64,000 bases of DNA, from the IMG/VR virus record IMGVR_UViG_3300014720_002669, one strand, 5' to 3'. The notes under the pieces were generated by a model. It ran no database searches, was not told where the DNA came from, and saw nothing but the letters and a program-made list of their open reading frames with translations. Numbering within the stretch: the first letter of the stretch is position 1; every line of letters starts with the position of its first letter. Origin of the DNA: a virus. Below are positions 58,547 to 64,000 of the stretch, in pieces. Made by a program: the position numbers and the translations under genes.

Positions 58547-59405
58547 GTATCTTGTCCATGTAATAATCGAACTTCACAACTTCTTTCCGTTCCCAGTCCA
58601 TTTGCAAACTGCGACTCAAGTCAGGCACAGCATCACACACAGCAGTGTGATATGAAGGATCAAAGTCACCAATCTTTTCCATGTCATCATAATGATATCG
58701 GCGTTGGAACTCTTGGGTGATGGGCCTGCGGCTCATGGTCCAGTTGCCAATGAATTCGTATTCTGAGAACCAGCGTATGAGTTCACCGTTGCCCCAGGGA
58801 GGTACAGTGGGTTCAGGCGGACATGAGTCAATCATGGCATCCAGCCATTTCTTCTGATGTTTTTCTTCCAGGAACTTTACTAAATCGTTAAAGTCTTGTT
58901 TGAGTACAGGCACGTTTTCACTAATAAAGCAGTGCGGGGTAAGTCTGTCAAAGCCCAGGCCGTTCTTGATGCTTTCGTAGTAGCCCCAACTGTGACGTTC
59001 ATTCTCCAGCACTTGAAAATTCAACACCCCGTCCTTGATAGGTTCGTAGGGTCGGATCAGCAGACAATCACAGTCGTGCATGATCATCAAGTCATAGTTG
59101 AGATAATCAAGAAACGCAAATTTGATGGCTTGTTGACGCAGCCAGTAGGTTCGGTAGTCGCCTTCAAACACCCAGTTGTTGACTTCAGGATAGATTCTGT
59201 AGATCTCTGAATCAGGAGCATAGTCTAATTTGGCGGTGTCAATGCCGTACTTTTCAAACACAGGCCACAGTTCTTCCTGCGGTACAGGACTGGCAATACA
59301 AGTGCGGTCTATGCCAATGAGATTGTTGGCAAATTCAGGTTGCAGGCTCATGATAGCATGCGGCACACGATATCGTGCTAGGTATAAAATTCTTGCTGAG
59401 GTCAT
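58521..59405 (-). CDS. Nucleotide-diphospho-sugar transferase-like protein (DUF6492-like)
   Basis: WLRQQAIKF, HDCD, FSEYE; AAGGA SD. Confidence 0.65.
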   Translation of the reverse strand: MTSARILYLARYRVPHAIMSLQPEFANNLIGIDRTCIASPVPQEELWPVFEKYGIDTAKLDYAPDSEIYRIYPEVNNWVFEGDYRTYWLRQQAIKFAFLDYLNYDLMIMHDCDCLLIRPYEPIKDGVLNFQVLENERHSWGYYESIKNGLGFDRLTPHCFISENVPVLKQDFNDLVKFLEEKHQKKWLDAMIDSCPPEPTVPPWGNGELIRWFSEYEFIGNWTMSRRPITQEFQRRYHYDDMEKIGDFDPSYHTAVCDAVPDLSRSLQMDWERKEVVKFDYYMDKIRETLARLT

Positions 59406-59412
59406 ATTTTCC

Positions 59413-60402
59413 TTAGGTGATTGAGCAACTGTTGACACATTGATACAGCCTACCATCGGCAATACTGCTTTTAGCCCAGGTTTGTTCCACACGTTCAAAC
59501 CAGTCAAGACAATGCGCCAAATCATATTTAAGTGCGTTGTTTTCCTCAACCAATTCTTTTGTTTGACTGTTGCCGGCATGATACATGGTTTCAGGGTAGA
59601 ATCCCAGATAGCAACAAGGATACACTGACCCGTCTGCGGCTATGTATATTTCTTGTTTGATCTTGTGTTGACAACGTAAATTTAACTTTGCTGTATCCTT
59701 GTGACTTTGCACAGTGCGCGGATCAAACCATGTGACATGACTTTGTATTAAATCTTTAATGTGCGGCACATGATTGCTGGAGTCTGTGCCAATCCTGTGA
59801 CTGTATTCTCCTGACCTAGTGAACACCGGTCCGGAGTCTCGGCCATCGTAGATGTTTTCAAACTCAACAAATCCCAGGTCTTGGGCCAGTTGTCGGCATT
59901 CGGCTTCTTGATGTCGGTTGTGATCAAATGGTACGAAACGCCATTTGGCCCGACCGCCCGCAGCGATCAAAGCCTGTGCATTGGCTATGACTTTGTTCCA
60001 GTCTGTATCTTGACGGTACAGGGCATGAGTATCTGCCAGACCGTCCAGCGCAAATCCCACAGTGACCCGGGGCAACGCCAAACGCCGCCACCAATCTGTG
60101 TTGCGCAAACTGCCGTTGGTGTTGATGTTTACTGTGACACCATGTTCCGCAAGATACTCAACTATTTCCACAGCGTCTCGAGCCGACGCAAAGTCTCCCA
60201 GGTTGCCATTGAAGTTGACGTGTGTTAGCTGTGATATCACAGGTGCCAAAATGTGCCGGAACTGTGCAAGACTCAGTTCCACATCAGGATAACCTGAATT
60301 GTAATCCAAGCCTCGATAGTTGCGCATACACATGGGACAACGGGCATTGCACCGGGTAGTGAGTTCCACATGCACCTGGCGTATTTGGTCTAATTTTAGC
60401 AT
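59413..60402 (-). CDS. Radical SAM protein with SPASM-like C-terminus
   Basis: [24 protein letters not shown]. Confidence 0.9.
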   Translation of the reverse strand: MLKLDQIRQVHVELTTRCNARCPMCMRNYRGLDYNSGYPDVELSLAQFRHILAPVISQLTHVNFNGNLGDFASARDAVEIVEYLAEHGVTVNINTNGSLRNTDWWRRLALPRVTVGFALDGLADTHALYRQDTDWNKVIANAQALIAAGGRAKWRFVPFDHNRHQEAECRQLAQDLGFVEFENIYDGRDSGPVFTRSGEYSHRIGTDSSNHVPHIKDLIQSHVTWFDPRTVQSHKDTAKLNLRCQHKIKQEIYIAADGSVYPCCYLGFYPETMYHAGNSQTKELVEENNALKYDLAHCLDWFERVEQTWAKSSIADGRLYQCVNSCSIT

Positions 60403-60439
60403 GGGATATTTATATACACAGTTTTGACTAAATATATCT

Positions 60440-60742
60440 ATGCAAACTCAATACGTGCGAGTAGTATGTGACATAAGTGGCAGGTGTTCTCAACCTGCAC
60501 GATATCGCGTGTATGTCAATGAAGAATTGTTCAGTGAGCGCACCTGGATCTGGAAAGACATTTATCTTGAAGAGTCTTTGCAAATACAAGCACCGTTTGG
60601 CGCTTACTTGTTGCGGTTTGAAAATGTAGATCCTGACTGTGGGAATTTCAAAATGCGCAATGTGCGAGTACAAGAAGGTCCTGGCAAGATCAAAACCTTT
60701 GATGGCAAAATATACATAGAGGTGCATGATGAGATGGCGTGA
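60440..60742 (+). CDS. Hypothetical protein
   Basis: [17 protein letters not shown]; TAAATA 5 nt upstream. Confidence 0.75.
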   Translation: MQTQYVRVVCDISGRCSQPARYRVYVNEELFSERTWIWKDIYLEESLQIQAPFGAYLLRFENVDPDCGNFKMRNVRVQEGPGKIKTFDGKIYIEVHDEMA

Positions 60743-60947
60743 AATTGTAGAATCAGCATCAGCAGGCGCTACTGCATCTGGCGGTATTGCTCCTGTAAGC
60801 CAGCCCATGGGCATAACGTCAAGATCTGGCAGTTCCTTACTGACAGGTAAATATACAACTGGTTTGGACCCTACGCCGAATACACCTAAAGAATACAAGA
60901 GGAACAAGCATGCTCGCGGACAATTTGAAAACTCTATTGGCAAGTAA
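60729..60947 (+). CDS. Small putative internal head protein
   Basis: MRWREIVE|SASAGAT. Confidence 0.65.
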   Translation: MRWREIVESASAGATASGGIAPVSQPMGITSRSGSSLLTGKYTTGLDPTPNTPKEYKRNKHARGQFENSIGK

Positions 60948-61350
60948 TTTTGTCTACTACCTCAAAGCACACCAATTTCATTGGAATGTGGAAGGCTCTG
61001 ATTTTGGCCAGCTACACAAATTTTTCCAAGAAATCTACGAAGATGCCTATGGTGCGTTGGATCTGATTGCAGAATACATACGATATCTTGACGAATACGC
61101 TCCCGGCAGCCTTGAACGCTTTGCTGAACTCAGTATCATACAAGGCCAAACCAAGATACCACGTGCTCGACTCATGATTGAGGAACTGTTGGCCAACACA
61201 CAACAAATGATCGACCTGCTGAACCAGTGCTTTGCTGCTGCTGAACAAGAAAGTCAACAGGGCATTGCTGACTTTGTGAGCCAGCGGCTGAGCCAACACG
61301 GCAAGTATCAATGGCAACTGCGCAGTTATCTGAAAGATCAGCGAGCATGA
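60910..61350 (+). CDS. dps: Dps/DNA-binding ferritin-like protein
   Basis: HQFHWNVEG..F..LH..F..IY, D.IAE, H.K..WQL. Confidence 0.92.
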   Translation: MLADNLKTLLASNFVYYLKAHQFHWNVEGSDFGQLHKFFQEIYEDAYGALDLIAEYIRYLDEYAPGSLERFAELSIIQGQTKIPRARLMIEELLANTQQMIDLLNQCFAAAEQESQQGIADFVSQRLSQHGKYQWQLRSYLKDQRA

Positions 61351-61970
61351 ACAACGACATTAGATCAATCTTGGACCGATTGGCCACAGTGGAGGGTCGA
61401 CTGAGCCCTGCACAACAACGAGTGCCACAACTGCCTGCACTGTTCAAACCCCGACACATTCGTGCCCTGGGCGCAAAAACAGATCCTGCTCATCCCATGG
61501 ACGGATACATGGTGGGTGATAGTGTAGAACCCCGGCGGACCGCACTTGAAGAAGCCATGGCCGAGATCGAAGAAGACATGCTGAGCAAGGTCAAAAAAGA
61601 CCTAACACAATACTTGGACCGACTTGAAAAGAAGGTGCGTGTTGACCGTGACTTGAAAGACAAAGCCAAGGATGCTGTAGAACGTGGTCAAGCCGAAGAA
61701 GACCTTGATGAATTTGCCCCAGTTGGCGGAGACGACCGCGAACCCAATGAAGAAGAAAGATTGCATCCAGTGGAAACATTTGAAATGGCTGACGGTTCAT
61801 GCTTGGAATGCTATGGCGACGATGAACAAGGGTACGAACTGAGACGGAACGGAAACAGCCTGCCCAGTCGTTTCAAAACACGCAAACATGCCAAAATGGC
61901 TGTGGACTTGTTTCGCGCTCGACGAAAACAAAATCAAGACCTCGGCCAAGATTACATAGAAGAACGCTGA
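61347..61970 (+). CDS. Modular hypothetical protein (head-associated?)
   Basis: TVE|G, IEE|D and LDE|FAP junctions; ends DYIEER. Confidence 0.7.
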   Translation: MNNDIRSILDRLATVEGRLSPAQQRVPQLPALFKPRHIRALGAKTDPAHPMDGYMVGDSVEPRRTALEEAMAEIEEDMLSKVKKDLTQYLDRLEKKVRVDRDLKDKAKDAVERGQAEEDLDEFAPVGGDDREPNEEERLHPVETFEMADGSCLECYGDDEQGYELRRNGNSLPSRFKTRKHAKMAVDLFRARRKQNQDLGQDYIEER

Positions 61971-61971
61971 T

Positions 61972-63507
61972 ATGCTGATAAACGACTTATTCAACAATAA
62001 CAAACAAGGTGTGGCGGAAGGCAGGTTTGATGAACCACTAACAGGATGGCATATTGTTTATCGTAATTCAGGTAATCCAGTTCATGCTACTCCCAGTTTT
62101 GAAACCAAAGAGCAAGCACAAAAGTATCTAATGACACGAATGTTTGCCAATCACCAAGATTACAAAGTAGTTCATACCGCAGGTGTAGGTGTGGCGGAAG
62201 GTGAAGTCATTCCATTCAAGAGGCCCCAGTCACAGACCGCAGTGTCTTGGCAAAAACTGCCCAAAGATGTATTGACCCTGGCAAATGATTGGTACTGGGC
62301 CGACTACGAAGGTGGTGGATCTGCTGCCATAATGGATCCCAAAGGGCTAGGCAGCGGATTTGCAAATCAAAAAAAATATTTGGGTGCTCAACTGCAACAA
62401 CGAGGATGGGCCATTGACTTTGATGACGAATTTGAAAATGTTGTATTGAAAAACAAGCAAGGTCAAACAATTTTGTTGCCCATTGAGGATGCACAGACTT
62501 TCTCGGGCTGGGCCACGGGCATCAATCTTGTCACAGAGCAAGGTATGGCAGAAGGCAAAGCCGATTACAACTTTGATATTGAGGATTTGAAACGCCTTGA
62601 GCAAATTAGAGATCTAGCAACACTAAAAGCACAAGCATTAGAATTGATCAGTAAACCCAGTGCCAAACCAATGAAACCAGAAAAAGTTGAATGGTTTAGA
62701 AATGCTCTGAATCGCATGGACAGTCCGTTAAAAGTCATAAAGTTAATGTATGATTTGTTGCTCAGTGGCGAAGGAAAAGCCGTGGTCGGATCCAGGTCAT
62801 CAATGAACCCCAACACTTATCGTCAGAGGTTTGGTGAGCAAGGCATTGTGGAAAATCAAGATTGGATGAAAGATTTAGCAGCCAAGGCCGCTGCCATGTC
62901 CAAGCCTGGCACACCATATGTGCCACCAAAGCAAGACGCTGAAAAGGCACGTCGTGATCTCACAGCACGATATCCCAACATTGATGAACTGGTCGCGGCT
63001 GCTGAAAAACGTCGTGATCCCTACTATCAATATGCCGAAGGCCCAGCCTACTATCGGGGCCGCGAAGCCGAACATGAATATCAACGACTGCGACAGATCC
63101 AACGTGTGATTCAAGGTTTGAACGAAATGAACTTTGGCGGTGTAGGCCAAACCACAGATTCAGCCACTGGCGATATAACCACCAGTTTCAATCAAGGTCC
63201 GTTGTCTGTGTCGCAGACCAAAACGCCTGGCGGTTATACAAAACAAACTGATCAACAAGTCAACCTGGGCACAGCAACGCTGGGCGCACGAACGGTTGGA
63301 CCCAACATTGGCGCAGGTCAGTTGGCTGGTACCACAACCAAGACTGCCACAAACAACATTACCGGACAGGCCAAACAACAAGTCAAAGGAGTTGGCTTTG
63401 GTGGTGCCACAGGTGCCACAGTGGGCAAAAACTACGTTGATCAATACAGCGTAAATGAAAACGTGGCACGCATGCAATATCTGGCAGGTATTCGACCAGC
63501 CCGATAA
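61972..63507 (+). CDS. Cassette-like polyprotein with four GVAE-type linkers
   Basis: KQGVAEG, GVGVAEG, EQGMAEG, EQGIVE; ends RMQYLAGI. Confidence 0.75.
   Translation: MLINDLFNNNKQGVAEGRFDEPLTGWHIVYRNSGNPVHATPSFETKEQAQKYLMTRMFANHQDYKVVHTAGVGVAEGEVIPFKRPQSQTAVSWQKLPKDVLTLANDWYWADYEGGGSAAIMDPKGLGSGFANQKKYLGAQLQQRGWAIDFDDEFENVVLKNKQGQTILLPIEDAQTFSGWATGINLVTEQGMAEGKADYNFDIEDLKRLEQIRDLATLKAQALELISKPSAKPMKPEKVEWFRNALNRMDSPLKVIKLMYDLLLSGEGKAVVGSRSSMNPNTYRQRFGEQGIVENQDWMKDLAAKAAAMSKPGTPYVPPKQDAEKARRDLTARYPNIDELVAAAEKRRDPYYQYAEGPAYYRGREAEHEYQRLRQIQRVIQGLNEMNFGGVGQTTDSATGDITTSFNQGPLSVSQTKTPGGYTKQTDQQVNLGTATLGARTVGPNIGAGQLAGTTTKTATNNITGQAKQQVKGVGFGGATGATVGKNYVDQYSVNENVARMQYLAGIRPAR
62003..62020 (+). 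repeat. Dispersed linker repeat AACAAGGTGTGGCGGAAG
   Basis: Identical to 35557-35574; the core recurs at 62187-62201; variants at 62539 and 62836. Confidence 0.85.
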
Positions 63508-63512
63508 CCCAA

Positions 63513-63588
63513 CACACCTCCCTTAAGACCGTGTGGCCCGGCTGCTGGGCAAGCTGAACGATTCGCTACCGTGATGCTTGAAGTGAGC
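63513..63588 (+). ncRNA. Candidate small pseudoknotted RNA
   Basis: CACAC/GTGTG, GCCCG/TGGGC and AAGC/GCTT helices; loop TTCGCT pairs with downstream AGTGAG. Confidence 0.55.
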
Positions 63589-63598
63589 TAAATTCTAC

Positions 63599-64000
63599 AT
63601 GCAATCAACATTTACATTTGAAGATCTTTATACGTCGCCGGCCATTCCTATGGCTGTCAAGAACCAATCTTTTGTGTTTGATCAGGAGATTGTAAATTTT
63701 GATTATAATTCTTATGGTTATCGCACACACGAATTTGTCAATGTTGGAGAACACATTGCAATTTCTGGATGTAGTTTAACTGAAGGGCATGGATTACATC
63801 TACACCAAACCTGGGCCGCAAAATTTGAAAAGTCAACAAATACTCAGGTGTTCAATCTTGCCAAGGGAAGCAGTTCAGCAGAATTTGTAAGTCAGAATTT
63901 ACAGAATTGGATTAGATCACATACTCCCAAATTTGTTGTGGCTCAGTGGCCAAATCCTTATAGAAGTTTGACTTGGAACAAGTCTTTTGCAAAGTTCAAT
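63599..64000 (+). CDS. SGNH-like protein, 3'-truncated
   Basis: YNSYGYR, SGCSLTEG, TW, NLAKG; AT-rich. Confidence 0.7.
   Translation, partial: MQSTFTFEDLYTSPAIPMAVKNQSFVFDQEIVNFDYNSYGYRTHEFVNVGEHIAISGCSLTEGHGLHLHQTWAAKFEKSTNTQVFNLAKGSSSAEFVSQNLQNWIRSHTPKFVVAQWPNPYRSLTWNKSFAKFN

Noticed and set aside
62003-62853. GVAE repeats as a CRISPR array
   Set aside because: Spacing is irregular (about 180-350 bp), and the repeats are short, degenerate and in frame within a protein; no cas genes are present.
1-64000. Stop-codon reassignment, diversity-generating retroelement, inteins, tRNA genes
   Set aside because: Conserved genes are intact in code 11 and TAG, TGA and TAA all end genes. No reverse transcriptase, adenine-variant repeat pair, intein motifs or cloverleaf was seen by eye.
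1-64000. Bacterial chromosome origin, given the many host-like genes
   Set aside because: The host-like genes lack their usual operon context and are interspersed with fibres, lysis genes, homing endonucleases and T4-like late promoters.

Overview
A 64 kb segment of a large T4-superfamily/jumbo-type dsDNA phage, read in standard genetic code. The host is probably a Gram-negative proteobacterium, inferred from the spanins, GH19 endolysin, TctC/Bug and ErpA. Gene content: small early genes under sigma70-like promoters; host-like genes (nadE, infA, Fe/Mn SOD, erpA, groES, dnaJ/cbpA, clpA, phoH, dps, a short DnaE fragment, a clamp loader); tail fibre/baseplate genes (11-22.6 kb); a dispersed lysis module (34-40 kb); two modification-enzyme clusters (29.7-34.3 kb and 55.3-60.4 kb); and three free-standing homing endonucleases. 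The most unusual signals are: (1) late proteins with T4-like capsid-targeting N-termini, built as polyproteins whose modules are joined at (L/V/I/F)-x-E sites, often a QGVAE linker conserved as an 18-nt DNA repeat, suggesting shuffled effector cassettes that are packaged and protease-matured; (2) a ~310-nt multi-pseudoknot ncRNA candidate upstream of a SleB-like hydrolase, plus a second small pseudoknotted RNA at 63.5 kb; (3) many apparently leaderless genes (TAAATA + 4-8 nt + ATG), including one palindromic hexamer serving two divergent genes; (4) homing endonucleases that appear to have replaced the 3' end of the upstream gene. All calls come from reading motifs by eye; no database searches were run.
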